47,396 bases of DNA from positions 1 through 47,396 of the forward strand of contig JBEVFC010000288.1 of assembly GCA_040512455.1 (NCBI GenBank). Direction: 5' to 3'. The notes under the pieces are model-generated. The model ran no database searches. It was not told the origin of the DNA and worked only from the letters and a program-made list of their open reading frames with translations. A program made the position numbers and the translations under genes. Origin of the DNA: Nocardioides sp. (GTDB taxonomy: Bacteria > Actinomycetota > Actinomycetes > Propionibacteriales > Nocardioidaceae). Shown here piece after piece: positions 16,133-25,821 of this stretch (position 1 is the first letter of the stretch; each line of letters starts with the position of its first letter).

Positions 16133-18766
16133 GTGGGTGCCAGGTGGGACGAGCTGGGGGAGGGTGCGCGTCCGCTCCAGCCCCCGAACGGCACCTTCCG
16201 TTCCCTGGTTCCGCGGCCTCCGCCGGTCCTGGTGACCCGGCCCGCAGTCGACGCGTTCCTGTCCGGCGTACGGCGCTCCCCGGTCAGCATGGTCGTGGCA
16301 CCGGCCGGGTCCGGCAAGACCGCGGCCGCCGCGGCCTGGGTGCGTGCGGAGCTGCGCCGCGGCGGCAGGGTGGCCTGGGTTCCGGCGCTCGAGGCGCGGC
16401 GACACGCGTCGGCACTGTCCGCCGCGCTGTCCTCCGGCGTCGCTGCCGACGACCGGTCGCCCGACCGGCCGGTGATCGTCATCGACGACGCGCACGAGCT
16501 CGCGGAGGGCGCCCGGGCACTGGTCCGGCGCCACCTGGAGGCACGTCCGGACTCGGCGCACCTGCTGATCCTCAGTCGTGAGGAGCTCGACCTGGTCCCT
16601 CCCGAGCTGGTCGGCCCCGGGCCGTCGATGGTCCTCACCCCCGCGGAGGCCGCCGCCCTGCTGAAGCTCCACCACCCGGCCGCCACCCCCGCCGAGGTCG
16701 CCCGGGTCGTCGACGGGACCGAGGGCCGGGCCGCCGCGGTCATCCTCGCGGGGTGGCTGCTGAGCACCGGCCTGCGCGAGGCCGACGACGTGTTCCGGGA
16801 CGACGGGCGCCCCGTCGTCGTCCGCCTCATGGAGCGGGCCTTCCGCTCGTGCCCGGAGGAGCTCCGGGAGGTGCTGCTGAGCATCTGCCACGAGAGCGAG
16901 GTGGACGACGAGGAGGCGACCGCGCTCTCGGGTGACCCCCGGGCGGGACGGATGCTCGCCCGGGCGGCCGACTACGGGCTGCTCGTGACCGCGTACGCCG
17001 ACGAGTCCGGCGACGAGACCGACGCGCAGGCGGAGGAGACCACCCGGTGGCGGGTGCACCCGTTGCTCCGCGAGTTCCTGGTGGACCGGACGGAGGGGTG
17101 GGCGCCGTTCCGCGGCGACGCTGTGGTGGCCGACGCGCGCGCCGCCCGCCACTACGCGGCCGCCGGTGACCCGGCCCGGGCCGCCCGCTATGCCACCCGG
17201 GCCGGGGATCCCGAGCTGCTGGGCCAGATGCTCGTCGAGGTCGGCGTCGACCTCATCATGCTGGGCGAGTCCGCGCTGGTCGACACGGCGCTGGCCAGGA
17301 TGGACCTGACCGGGCGGGGCAGCACCGGACCGGCGGCCGACCCCGAGCTGGCCGCTTTGCGGGGCCTCCTCCTGCGTGGCCGGCATCGCGACGCGGACGC
17401 GAAGGCGGCGGCGGACCTGGCCTGGTCTCTGGGCGCCGGTACGACAGACGTGAGCCGCTCGCTGCGGGCCGACCTGGCCGTCCTGGGCGCCTGGCAGGCG
17501 CGGTACGGCTGGCGGGATCCGGTCGAGGCGCTGGCGGCCGCCCGCACCGTGCTGCACTGCCGCCACGGAGGGGACGGCCCCGCCCTGCACGACCTCACCG
17601 ACCTCCCCGCGATGCGGGCCGGTTCGCTGCTGGCGGAGCTCGCGGCGCTGGAGGTGTGGACCGGTGACCTCGCGTCCGCGGCGGACCACATCCACGCGGC
17701 GACGACCCTGGCGCACGTCCTCGACGCGCCGCGGTTCACCGCGGCGGTCCTGTCGCTGCGCGCCACGGTGGAGATGATCTCGGGCGCCTACCAGACCGCA
17801 CTGGCCACGGCGGAGGAGTGCCTGGAGGTGTGCGACCTCTGGGGCCTCCGCGACACCGCCCGGAGCCGGGCCCTTCTCGCCCGGGGCTGGGCGCGGTTCC
17901 ACGCGTTCGAGCTCGATGCCGCCGAGCGGGACCTGGCGCTGGCGCGCCTCTACGGCGAGGACATGGCGGACCCCTTCCTGCTCACCTACACCCGGCTCCT
18001 CGAGGCGTGCGCCCTCACGGCGCGGGGGGACGCGACCGCGGCGGTCCGGGTGCTCGACGCGCAGGGGGTGGTCACCGCCCACCCGCCAGGCTTCGTCGCC
18101 CGGCACACCGCGATCATCCGGCTGCTCGGCGACGCCCACCTGGGTGACCACGGCAGCATCCGCGCCGAGGCCGTCCGGCTCACCGACAGCGGCTGGCCTC
18201 TGGACGCGGCGCTGGCGAGCGCGATCGCCGACGGGCTCGACGACCGCCCCGACGCCGGGCTGGCCGCTCTCCGGCGGGTCGAGGACGACCTGCCCGCCGA
18301 GGGCACGCTGGGCGCCGCCGCGTCGGTCACCCGGGTAGCGCTGCTCCAGCTCCTCGGGACTCCGGAGGCCCTCGAGGCCGCCCGGGCCGGCGTACCGGAC
18401 GTGCTCGGCCGGACCGGCCGGCACCGCCTGCTGTGGATCCTGTCCATGGGCTGGTTGCTGTCCCCGGACTTCGGTGCGCTGCTGGAGCCGTCGGCCCGCA
18501 CCGGTCCCCACCAGGAGTTCGCCCGCGCCGCGCTGGTCGCCTTCGACCGCGGACCGGTGGGGGAGGCGGCCGAGCACGACCTCACCGACCGTGAGCTCGA
18601 CGTGCTCCGTCAGGTCGCCCTGGGCGGCAGCAACGCCGACATCGCCGGGGCACTGTTCATCACCGAGAACACGGTGAAGACCCACCTGGCCGCGGTCTTC
18701 CGCAAGCTCGGGGTCGACCGCCGGTCCGCGGCCGCCCGGGTTGCGCGGGAGCGGCACCTGATCTGA
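16133..18766 (+). CDS. MalT-like large ATP-binding LuxR (LAL) transcriptional regulator
   Basis: Walker A APAGSGKT, Walker B VIVIDDAH, RVHPLLREF, C-terminal HTH LTDRELDVL...ITENTVKTH. SD GGGAGG before GTG 16133. Confidence 0.88.
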   Translation: MGARWDELGEGARPLQPPNGTFRSLVPRPPPVLVTRPAVDAFLSGVRRSPVSMVVAPAGSGKTAAAAAWVRAELRRGGRVAWVPALEARRHASALSAALSSGVAADDRSPDRPVIVIDDAHELAEGARALVRRHLEARPDSAHLLILSREELDLVPPELVGPGPSMVLTPAEAAALLKLHHPAATPAEVARVVDGTEGRAAAVILAGWLLSTGLREADDVFRDDGRPVVVRLMERAFRSCPEELREVLLSICHESEVDDEEATALSGDPRAGRMLARAADYGLLVTAYADESGDETDAQAEETTRWRVHPLLREFLVDRTEGWAPFRGDAVVADARAARHYAAAGDPARAARYATRAGDPELLGQMLVEVGVDLIMLGESALVDTALARMDLTGRGSTGPAADPELAALRGLLLRGRHRDADAKAAADLAWSLGAGTTDVSRSLRADLAVLGAWQARYGWRDPVEALAAARTVLHCRHGGDGPALHDLTDLPAMRAGSLLAELAALEVWTGDLASAADHIHAATTLAHVLDAPRFTAAVLSLRATVEMISGAYQTALATAEECLEVCDLWGLRDTARSRALLARGWARFHAFELDAAERDLALARLYGEDMADPFLLTYTRLLEACALTARGDATAAVRVLDAQGVVTAHPPGFVARHTAIIRLLGDAHLGDHGSIRAEAVRLTDSGWPLDAALASAIADGLDDRPDAGLAALRRVEDDLPAEGTLGAAASVTRVALLQLLGTPEALEAARAGVPDVLGRTGRHRLLWILSMGWLLSPDFGALLEPSARTGPHQEFARAALVAFDRGPVGEAAEHDLTDRELDVLRQVALGGSNADIAGALFITENTVKTHLAAVFRKLGVDRRSAAARVARERHLI

Positions 18767-18784
18767 GCCCGGCGCTCCGGGGTT

Positions 18785-18801
18785 TGGTCCGTTCCGGGTG
18801 A
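18785..18801 (+). promoter_or_regulatory. operator upstream of the DUF7144 gene
   Basis: TGGTC-CGTTCCG-GGTGA (left half degenerate). TAGCGT at 18824, 22-nt gap. Confidence 0.6.
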
Positions 18802-18869
18802 GCCCTGCAGCCCGGTGCCCTCCTAGCGTCGGCGGCCGGAGCACAACCGTGCGTAGTCAGGGAGGACCC

Positions 18870-19280
18870 ATGAGCAATCCGCGCAGTTCCTACGGTGAGT
18901 CGACGTCGCTGGCGTACGGCGTGACCGTCTTCGCTGGCGTCATGCTCGCCACGCTGGCGTGCCTCCAGTTCCTCCAGGGCCTCGCGGCCGTCCTCAAGGA
19001 CGACGTCTTCGTCCGGGGCATCAACTACACGTACAAGTTCGACGTCACCACCTGGGGCTGGATCCACATCGTTCTCGGGGTGATCGGCGTGGCGGTCGGC
19101 CTCGGCATCCTGGCCGGCCAGACGTGGGCGACCGTCGGCGGACTGGCGATCGCCGTGGTGTCGTTGCTCAGCCAGTTCATGTTCATGCCCTACTACCCGT
19201 TCTGGTCGATGCTCGTGATCTTCATGGACATCGTGGTGATCTGGGCGCTGGCCACCCGTCTGAGCGACTCGGGCGCGTAA
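18870..19280 (+). CDS. DUF7144-like 4-TM membrane protein
   Basis: GVTVFAGVML...FLQGLAA...DVTTWGWIH...PYYPFWS. SD GGAGG. Confidence 0.82.
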   Translation: MSNPRSSYGESTSLAYGVTVFAGVMLATLACLQFLQGLAAVLKDDVFVRGINYTYKFDVTTWGWIHIVLGVIGVAVGLGILAGQTWATVGGLAIAVVSLLSQFMFMPYYPFWSMLVIFMDIVVIWALATRLSDSGA

Positions 19281-19344
19281 GGGTCATGCCCACCGCCACC
19301 TGCACAGGCGGTCCTCCGTAGCCCGGCCGGACTCGCCCGGTCCC

Positions 19345-19361
19345 TCACTCGCAGAGGGTGA
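19345..19361 (+). promoter_or_regulatory. operator upstream of the second LAL regulator
   Basis: (CC)TCACT-CGCAGAG-GGTGA(GG). TAGCCT at 19384, 22-nt gap. Confidence 0.72.
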
Positions 19362-19577
19362 GGCGGCCCCCCTCGCCGCTCCCTAGCCTTCGGAGTGCAG
19401 CAGGGCATGCCCCGACTGCACTGCACGACCAAGGGCAGACCGATGTGGGAGCGTCGATCTGGGAGGCGAATGTCGTACAGCGGCTGCATGCACCCCGGGC
19501 GAGGCGAGCACCCCGGGTGCCGTCCATCTCGGGACAGGTGTGTGGGCCTGCCCCGCGTTTTCGGACCGGAGGACAGC

Positions 19578-22178
19578 GTGACCGCCACCTCGCAGCCGCA
19601 CCCGACCCAGACCAACCATCCCGACGACCTCCCGCGGCTGCCGCGGGTCTACGTGCCTCGGCCCCGCCTCTGGGAGCGGCTGGACCGGGGCACCGAGAGC
19701 TCGCTCACCATGCTCGTCGGCCCGATCGGTGCCGGGAAGTCGCTCGGCGCGAGCGGCTGGCTCCGCGACCGACGCCTCGACGGCGTGGTCTGGGTCCAGG
19801 CGCGCAGCGACCTGGGCGCCGAGACGCTGCTCGACCTGATCGCGTCGACGCACGAGGAGGACCCGACCCTCCCGCCCCGGCTCCTGGTGGTGGACGACGC
19901 GCACCTGCTGCCCCCGGCGTCCGTCCACGTGCTCGACAGGCTGGTGAACGACGACCCCGACCGGATGCGCGTGCTGCTGCTGTCGCGCTGGGACCTCGGC
20001 ATCACCCGGCTGGCGGCGGAGCTCCGCGGCCACCTGACGATCCTGCGCGGCGAGCTGCTTCGTCTCGACGAGAGGGAGTCGGCCGCCCTGGTCACCGAGC
20101 ACGCCCGGTCGACCGACCCGCGGGTCACCTCCATCGTCAGCCAGCGCACGCAGGGATGGTGCGGCGCGGTCGTGCTCACTGCGCGGGCGATCGGTGCGGC
20201 TCCGGACCCGGTGGCCGCGGCCGAGCGGTTGGCCGCCGCCCACACGGTCGTCGCCGACGCGGTGGCCTCCGAGGTGTTCTCGTCCCTCCACTCGCGCGAG
20301 CGACACCTCCTGCTGTGTGTCGCCGGCGACCCCGTCGTCTCGGTGGACACCGCGGTGCACCTCACCCGGGACCCGCGCTGCAGCGCCATCCTCGCGGACC
20401 TCGACACCACCGGCCTGCTGGTGAGCCGCCTGGGCGGGGACCCCTCCACCGTGGACAGGTCCAGCCGCTATCGCATCCACCCGCTGCTCGGGGAGGTCGT
20501 CCGCCGCAGGCTGGCCGCAGGGGGCGTGGACGTCGAACAGGCCCGGGCCACCGTGCTCCGGGCCGTCCGGGCCGACCTCGCCGGCGGCGAGATCGTCGCA
20601 TCCTTCGACCGGCTGCTCGCCGTGCAGCACATCGAGGCCGCAGCGGACCTGCTGCATGTGCACGGCGAGGCGCTGCTGGACGACGGTGGCGGTGCCTCGC
20701 TCCAGTGGTTCGTACGGCATCACCCCGAGGCCCTCCAGGACCGTCCCACGGCGTGGTTCACGGTCGCCCTCGAACGTTGGCAGGACGATGACGTGCACGG
20801 CGCCCTGGGGTGGCTCGACCAGCTGCTGCGGGAGGACGCCCAGGACGATGGCGCTCTCGTAGGTGAGGCTGCCTGCGCCCGGCTGATGCGCGCGCGGCTC
20901 GGCTTCGACTCGATGACCCAGGCCGTGACGCACGCCCGGGCCCTGGTCGCCGACAGCGCCTTCACGGAGCGGGCGGCGCACCTGCTGCCCCGGCTCCTCT
21001 GCGAGCTCGGCACCGACCAGGTCTGGCTCGGTGACCTCGACGCCGCCGAGGAGAGCCTTGGCGAGGCGATCCGGCTCGGGAAGGCCGCGGGACTCACCAA
21101 CCTGCTGGCCACGGCCCTCACCCAGCTGGCGTTCACGCTCTACCTGCAGGGACACGAGCGGGAGGTCGCGCGCACCGCGACCCGGGCCCTGGCGGCCGCC
21201 GCTCCGCAGCACCCCGCGGGTGCCATGTCGGCTGCCGCCGCCGATCTCGTCCTGCAGCTCGGCACCCTGGCGGACCTGCCGTGGCCCGACGGTGTGCAGG
21301 AGATCGAGGTGCGCCCGGGCAGGTTGCACACCGCCGACGTCAGCGCCCGGTTCTGGGCGCGGATGCGCGACGCGCGTCTGGCTCTGGCCGCCGGCTCCGT
21401 GATGCGTGCGGAGCGGATCCTGCGGTCCCCGGCCGACGTGCCGCCGCTGCCTCGTCACCTCCGGATCGTGGTGCTCGTCGAGCTCGCCTTCCTCGCGGCG
21501 CTCGCCTCCGACGAACCCGGGCTCGAGACACTGGCCGGGCAGCTCGGAGACCTGGAGTCGGCGGGGGAGGCCGAGCTGGTCAGGGGGCTGCGCGCGGACC
21601 TGCGGGGCAACCGCCGCGCCGCGGTCGAGCACTTCGTCGGCGCGACCACCCACGCGATGACGCCGCAGCCCGCGGCACTGCCACTGGCTCTCGCCTGCGC
21701 GGCGCAGCTGTACGACGCGCTGGGCGACCGGGAGGAGGCACTGCGGGCGCTGCAGGCGGCGGTGACGGCCACCGAGGTCCGGGGCAACGCGGTGCCGTTC
21801 CTGGGCTGGACCCGCCAGGGCGCCCCCCTGCACCCGCTCCTGGCCAGGCTCGCCGAGCACTCCTCCGATCCCTGGGCCCGGGACCTCACCCAGGCGACCG
21901 CCGGTCATCCGGGGGTGGCGGCCGTGCTGGCACCGTGGACCCCGTCGACCCGGGAGCGGGCCTCGGCCGAGGAACCCGTCATGCGTCCCGACCTCAGCCC
22001 CCGCGAGCGCGACGTGCTGCACGAGCTGGCGCGCGGCTCGACGTACGCCGACATCGCGGCGAGCCTGTTCGTGTCGGAGAACACCGTGAAGACACACGTG
22101 TCCAGCCTCTACGGGAAGCTCGCGGTCAACCGGCGCAGCGAGGCACTGGCGGTGGCGCGGAACTTCGACCTGCTCTGA
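19578..22178 (+). CDS. MalT-like large ATP-binding LuxR (LAL) transcriptional regulator
   Basis: VPRPRLWERL, Walker A GPIGAGKS, LLVVDDAH, RIHPLLGE, HTH LSPRERDVL...VSENTVKTH. SD GGAGGA before GTG 19578; alternative in-frame ATG at 19470. Confidence 0.9.
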   Translation: MTATSQPHPTQTNHPDDLPRLPRVYVPRPRLWERLDRGTESSLTMLVGPIGAGKSLGASGWLRDRRLDGVVWVQARSDLGAETLLDLIASTHEEDPTLPPRLLVVDDAHLLPPASVHVLDRLVNDDPDRMRVLLLSRWDLGITRLAAELRGHLTILRGELLRLDERESAALVTEHARSTDPRVTSIVSQRTQGWCGAVVLTARAIGAAPDPVAAAERLAAAHTVVADAVASEVFSSLHSRERHLLLCVAGDPVVSVDTAVHLTRDPRCSAILADLDTTGLLVSRLGGDPSTVDRSSRYRIHPLLGEVVRRRLAAGGVDVEQARATVLRAVRADLAGGEIVASFDRLLAVQHIEAAADLLHVHGEALLDDGGGASLQWFVRHHPEALQDRPTAWFTVALERWQDDDVHGALGWLDQLLREDAQDDGALVGEAACARLMRARLGFDSMTQAVTHARALVADSAFTERAAHLLPRLLCELGTDQVWLGDLDAAEESLGEAIRLGKAAGLTNLLATALTQLAFTLYLQGHEREVARTATRALAAAAPQHPAGAMSAAAADLVLQLGTLADLPWPDGVQEIEVRPGRLHTADVSARFWARMRDARLALAAGSVMRAERILRSPADVPPLPRHLRIVVLVELAFLAALASDEPGLETLAGQLGDLESAGEAELVRGLRADLRGNRRAAVEHFVGATTHAMTPQPAALPLALACAAQLYDALGDREEALRALQAAVTATEVRGNAVPFLGWTRQGAPLHPLLARLAEHSSDPWARDLTQATAGHPGVAAVLAPWTPSTRERASAEEPVMRPDLSPRERDVLHELARGSTYADIAASLFVSENTVKTHVSSLYGKLAVNRRSEALAVARNFDLL

Positions 22179-22207
22179 GCCTCCTCCGGACAGGAGCCGT
22201 CGGGGCG

Positions 22208-22224
22208 TCACCCTGTTCGGGGGA
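22208..22224 (+). promoter_or_regulatory. operator upstream of SulP-2
   Basis: TCACC-CTGTTCG-GGGGA. No clear -10 hexamer at the usual spacing. Confidence 0.6.
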
Positions 22225-22284
22225 GGTTCGTCGCGGCGCGTGCGCGATGGGGTGAGGCATCGTCGACCGACCCGTGGAGGCGCC

Positions 22285-23952
22285 ATGGCTGAGTCCGGCA
22301 CCCACACGTGGCTGCCCTCGCTCCACGGCTACCGGCGGACCTGGCTGCGCGGCGACGTCCTCGCCGGCCTGGCCGCGGGCTGTGTGGTGATCCCGCAGGC
22401 GATGGCCTACGCGACGATCGCGGACCTGCCCGTCGAGGTCGGGCTCTACACGTGCATGCTGCCGATGTTGGCGTACGCGTTGCTCGGCGGTGCCCGGGCC
22501 CTCAGCGTCTCGACGACGTCGACCATTGCGGTGCTGGTCGCCACGACGCTGGCCGATCTGAGTGGCCGCGACGCCGACGAGCTGCTCGGGGCCGCGTTCA
22601 CGCTCACGTTCCTCGTCGGCCTGTGCCTGCTGGCGATGCGGCTGTTCCGCCTCGGCTCTCTCGTGGAGAACATCAGCCCGGCCACCCTGACCGGGATCCG
22701 CCTGGGTGTCGGGTTGACCGTGGCGGCCAGCCAGCTGCCGAACCTGCTCGGCGTCGAGGCGTACACCGGTGACGGTGGCTTCTTCGCCGAGGTCGTCGAC
22801 GCGCTGCGACAGCTGCCGGACGCCAGCGGGGTGACGACCGCGGTGTCGGCGACGGCGATCCTCGTGCTGCTCCTGGTGCGCCGCTTCCTGCCGACGCTGC
22901 CGGGGCCGCTGCTCGTCGTCGCCGGTGGGATCGCGCTGGTCGCGTTCACCGGCGTGGAGGAGCGCGGGCTGGCGCTGATCGACCGGGTGCCGACCGGGCT
23001 CCCGTCGGTCTCCCTGCCGGTGCCGTCGGACCTGGTCGACCTGCTGCCCGGTGCGGTCGCGATCGCGGTGATGTCATTCCTCGAGACGGTCCTGGTCGCC
23101 AGGACGAACCGACAGCGCTCGGAGCCGCCGATCGACACCGACCAGGAGCTGTTGGCGACCGGCGTCGCGTCGCTGGCCGGCGGCCTCACGCAGACGCTGC
23201 CGCCGGCTGGCGGCTTCTCCCAGAGCGCGGTCAACCTGCGCTCCGGTGCGCACACCCAGGTCGCCGGCATCGTGACCGCGGCGCTCGCGGTGCTGGTCGC
23301 GCTGCTGCTGGCGCCGCTGCTCGACGACCTGCCCCGCGCGGTGCTGGCGGCGATGGTGCTGGTGGCGATCATCGGGCTGCTGGACCCGAGCGACCTGCGC
23401 CGCTTCGCCCGCATCGACCGGGCGGAGCTCTGGGTGGCGGTCGTCGTCGCCGCCATCAGCCTGGCGGGCGGCATGCTGCTCGGCGTGGCGGTCGGAGTCG
23501 GCCTCACCCTGGTCCTGGTGCTGCGCGCCGTCAACCAACCCCGGGTCCGGCCGCTCTACGCCCGCCCGGGTGGCGGCTGGACCGCCGTACCCCAGGAGCC
23601 GGCGGAGCCGGTCCCGTCGCAGCTCCTGCTGCTGCACCTGGACGGGGGGCTCTACACCGGCAACGCCCAGGCCACTCACGACGCCATCGTGGCCACGGCC
23701 CTGGCCGCCGAGCCGCGACCCACCACGGTCGTGCTGGAGGGGACCGCGGTGCGGATGGTCTCGGTGACCATGCTCGACACGTTCCGGGCCCTGACCGAGG
23801 AGCTGGAGACCGAGGGCGTCCGCCTGGTGATCGCCGAGCTTCCGCCGGCGACGCTCGAGATGCTGCGCCGGTCCGACTGGTTCGTGGGGTTCGAGGAGAG
23901 CGGCGCTGTGTACCCGACCGTGGACGACGCCGTGGCCGCCGCCCGGACCTGA
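22285..23952 (+). CDS. SulP family anion transporter with STAS domain
   Basis: DVLAGLAAG...IPQAMAYA...GLYT, DQELLATG, GGFSQS, C-terminal STAS-like domain. SD GGAGG. Confidence 0.92.
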   Translation: MAESGTHTWLPSLHGYRRTWLRGDVLAGLAAGCVVIPQAMAYATIADLPVEVGLYTCMLPMLAYALLGGARALSVSTTSTIAVLVATTLADLSGRDADELLGAAFTLTFLVGLCLLAMRLFRLGSLVENISPATLTGIRLGVGLTVAASQLPNLLGVEAYTGDGGFFAEVVDALRQLPDASGVTTAVSATAILVLLLVRRFLPTLPGPLLVVAGGIALVAFTGVEERGLALIDRVPTGLPSVSLPVPSDLVDLLPGAVAIAVMSFLETVLVARTNRQRSEPPIDTDQELLATGVASLAGGLTQTLPPAGGFSQSAVNLRSGAHTQVAGIVTAALAVLVALLLAPLLDDLPRAVLAAMVLVAIIGLLDPSDLRRFARIDRAELWVAVVVAAISLAGGMLLGVAVGVGLTLVLVLRAVNQPRVRPLYARPGGGWTAVPQEPAEPVPSQLLLLHLDGGLYTGNAQATHDAIVATALAAEPRPTTVVLEGTAVRMVSVTMLDTFRALTEELETEGVRLVIAELPPATLEMLRRSDWFVGFEESGAVYPTVDDAVAAART

Positions 23953-24082
23953 CCCGCCAGCTTGTCCATGGGGGAAAGGCGTTCGCCCGCCATGGGTGGC
24001 TCTCCGAACGTCGGGCAGGACTCCCAGAACTGGGGTCGATCGGGGATGGGCATCGGCGTTTCTGCGTCGTAACATCTCGCCC

Positions 24083-24700
24083 ATGAAAAGCGGTTGGTCC
24101 CCGCCTCCACGCCTGCTGATCGTCAGCGAGCAGGACGTCGTCGCCGCCGGCGTGCGTGCACTGCTCGAGGTGCATCCCGAGCGCGTGGAGGTGCTGGACC
24201 CTCCGGAGGGTTCCGCGCCTGCCGGTGACCCCGACGTGGTGCTCTACGACGTCCTGCACCTGATGACCGGTGGCAACGACGAGCTCGAGCACCACCTGGT
24301 CCACAGCAAGGGGGTGGTGGCCCTGGGCCGAGACCTGCGCCCGGAGCTGGCCCTCCGTGCCTGGTGGCTGGGTGTCGACGCGGTCGTGTCGATAGGGGCG
24401 CCGGCCGAGGAGATCCTGGCGGCCGTCGAGGCCGTCTACACGGGCCAGGCCCACGGCATGCGCCGCGACGACGGCTGGCTCGGCCAAGCCCAGGACCTGT
24501 CACAGCGCGAGGGGCAGGTGCTCCAGCTCATCGCGCACGGCAGGAGCAACCAGCAGATCGCCGAGGAGCTCTCGCTCAGCATCAACTCGATCAAGACCTA
24601 CATCCGCAGCGCCTACACGAAGATCGGTGTCACCTCGCGTGCTCAGGGCGTCGCCTGGTCGATGGATCACGGCTTCGGAAAGGCCACGGACGAGGCCTGA
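24083..24700 (+). CDS. NarL/LuxR-type response regulator with atypical receiver domain
   Basis: PDVVLYD receiver remnant. HTH LSQREGQVL...SNQQIA...SINSIKTYIRSAYTKIG. TAACAT at 24070 suggests a leaderless start. Confidence 0.82.
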   Translation: MKSGWSPPPRLLIVSEQDVVAAGVRALLEVHPERVEVLDPPEGSAPAGDPDVVLYDVLHLMTGGNDELEHHLVHSKGVVALGRDLRPELALRAWWLGVDAVVSIGAPAEEILAAVEAVYTGQAHGMRRDDGWLGQAQDLSQREGQVLQLIAHGRSNQQIAEELSLSINSIKTYIRSAYTKIGVTSRAQGVAWSMDHGFGKATDEA

Positions 24701-24736
24701 CGCGACGCCGCGCGCGCGGCAGGGCAGGATGGAACC

Positions 24737-25021
24737 ATGCAGACCGTCACCGGCTCGATGGCCGCCGAACGTCCCGGCCGCTATGCCAAGCAGCTCGCCA
24801 GTCACTGGGCCACCCGCGGACCGGTCACGGAGGAGGACGGCGCGACCGTTCTCCGGTGGACCACCGGTCAGGTGATTCGCATGCGTCCGGTGGAGGGACA
24901 CCTCGCCATCGAGGTGGAGGTGGCCGACGACGCGGACGCCGCGCAGTTCGCCGAGGTGGTCAAGACTCACCTGGAGCGTTTCGGGCAGCGCGACGAGCTG
25001 CACGTCGTCTGGGACGCGTGA
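24737..25021 (+). CDS. DUF2218 domain protein
   Basis: RPGRYAKQLASHW...VVKTHLERFG...W. Confidence 0.88.
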   Translation: MQTVTGSMAAERPGRYAKQLASHWATRGPVTEEDGATVLRWTTGQVIRMRPVEGHLAIEVEVADDADAAQFAEVVKTHLERFGQRDELHVVWDA

Positions 25022-25806
25022 CCGGTCCGCACCCGGCGGCGTACTTCGTCCGCGTCGCACCGCACCGGTTCCTGCCGACCCGGCACACCAGTGGTGCCTG
25101 GTCGGAGACCGAGCAGCACATCAGCCCGCTGGCCGGGCTGGTCGTGCACGAGATCGAACGGCACGCGACCGCCGCCTCCGGAGCCGACGGCAAGGTCGTC
25201 AGCCGGGTGACCTTCGACATCCTCGGTGTGGTTCCCATCGAGGAGTTCGAGATCGAGGTGACCACGGTCCGCCCGGGCCGCACCGTCGAGCTGGTCGATG
25301 CCGTGGTGACCTCCGGATCGCGCACGGTCCTGCGCGCCCACGCCTGGCGTATCGCCACCACGGACACGGCGTCGGTCGCCGGCGGTGAGGCGCCGCCGAT
25401 CCCGTTCGCCGTGCCGGCCTGGTCGATGACCTCGGTGTGGCCGGGCGGCTACATCGCCTCGCTCGAAGTACGCCGGCACCCCAGGAGCAGCCCGGGCCGC
25501 GCCGTCGTCTGGGTCGACACGGACATCGCGCTCGTCGAGGCCGAGGAGGTCAGCACGCTGGCCAGGTACGTCGCCCTGGTCGACACCGCGAACGGCATCG
25601 GCGTGCGCGAGTCACCTGACGAGTGGCTGTTCCCCAACCTCGATCTCTCGATCCACCTGCACCGCCAGCCGGGGCGGGGTCCCGTCGGTCTCGACACCAC
25701 CGTCGTGTTCGGTGCCGAGGGCCAGGGTCTGACCAGCAGCATCCTGCATGACGGCGCCGGTCCCGTCGGTCGGGCGGCCCAGATCCTCACCGTCCGACGG
25801 CGCTGA
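25018..25806 (+). CDS. thioesterase family (TesB-like) protein
   Basis: GAWSETEQH, VRPGRTVELV, DTANG, FPNLDLSIHLHRQP. GTGA overlap with the DUF2218 stop. Confidence 0.88.
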   Translation: MTGPHPAAYFVRVAPHRFLPTRHTSGAWSETEQHISPLAGLVVHEIERHATAASGADGKVVSRVTFDILGVVPIEEFEIEVTTVRPGRTVELVDAVVTSGSRTVLRAHAWRIATTDTASVAGGEAPPIPFAVPAWSMTSVWPGGYIASLEVRRHPRSSPGRAVVWVDTDIALVEAEEVSTLARYVALVDTANGIGVRESPDEWLFPNLDLSIHLHRQPGRGPVGLDTTVVFGAEGQGLTSSILHDGAGPVGRAAQILTVRRR

Positions 25807-25821
25807 GCCCGCCGCCGTACC

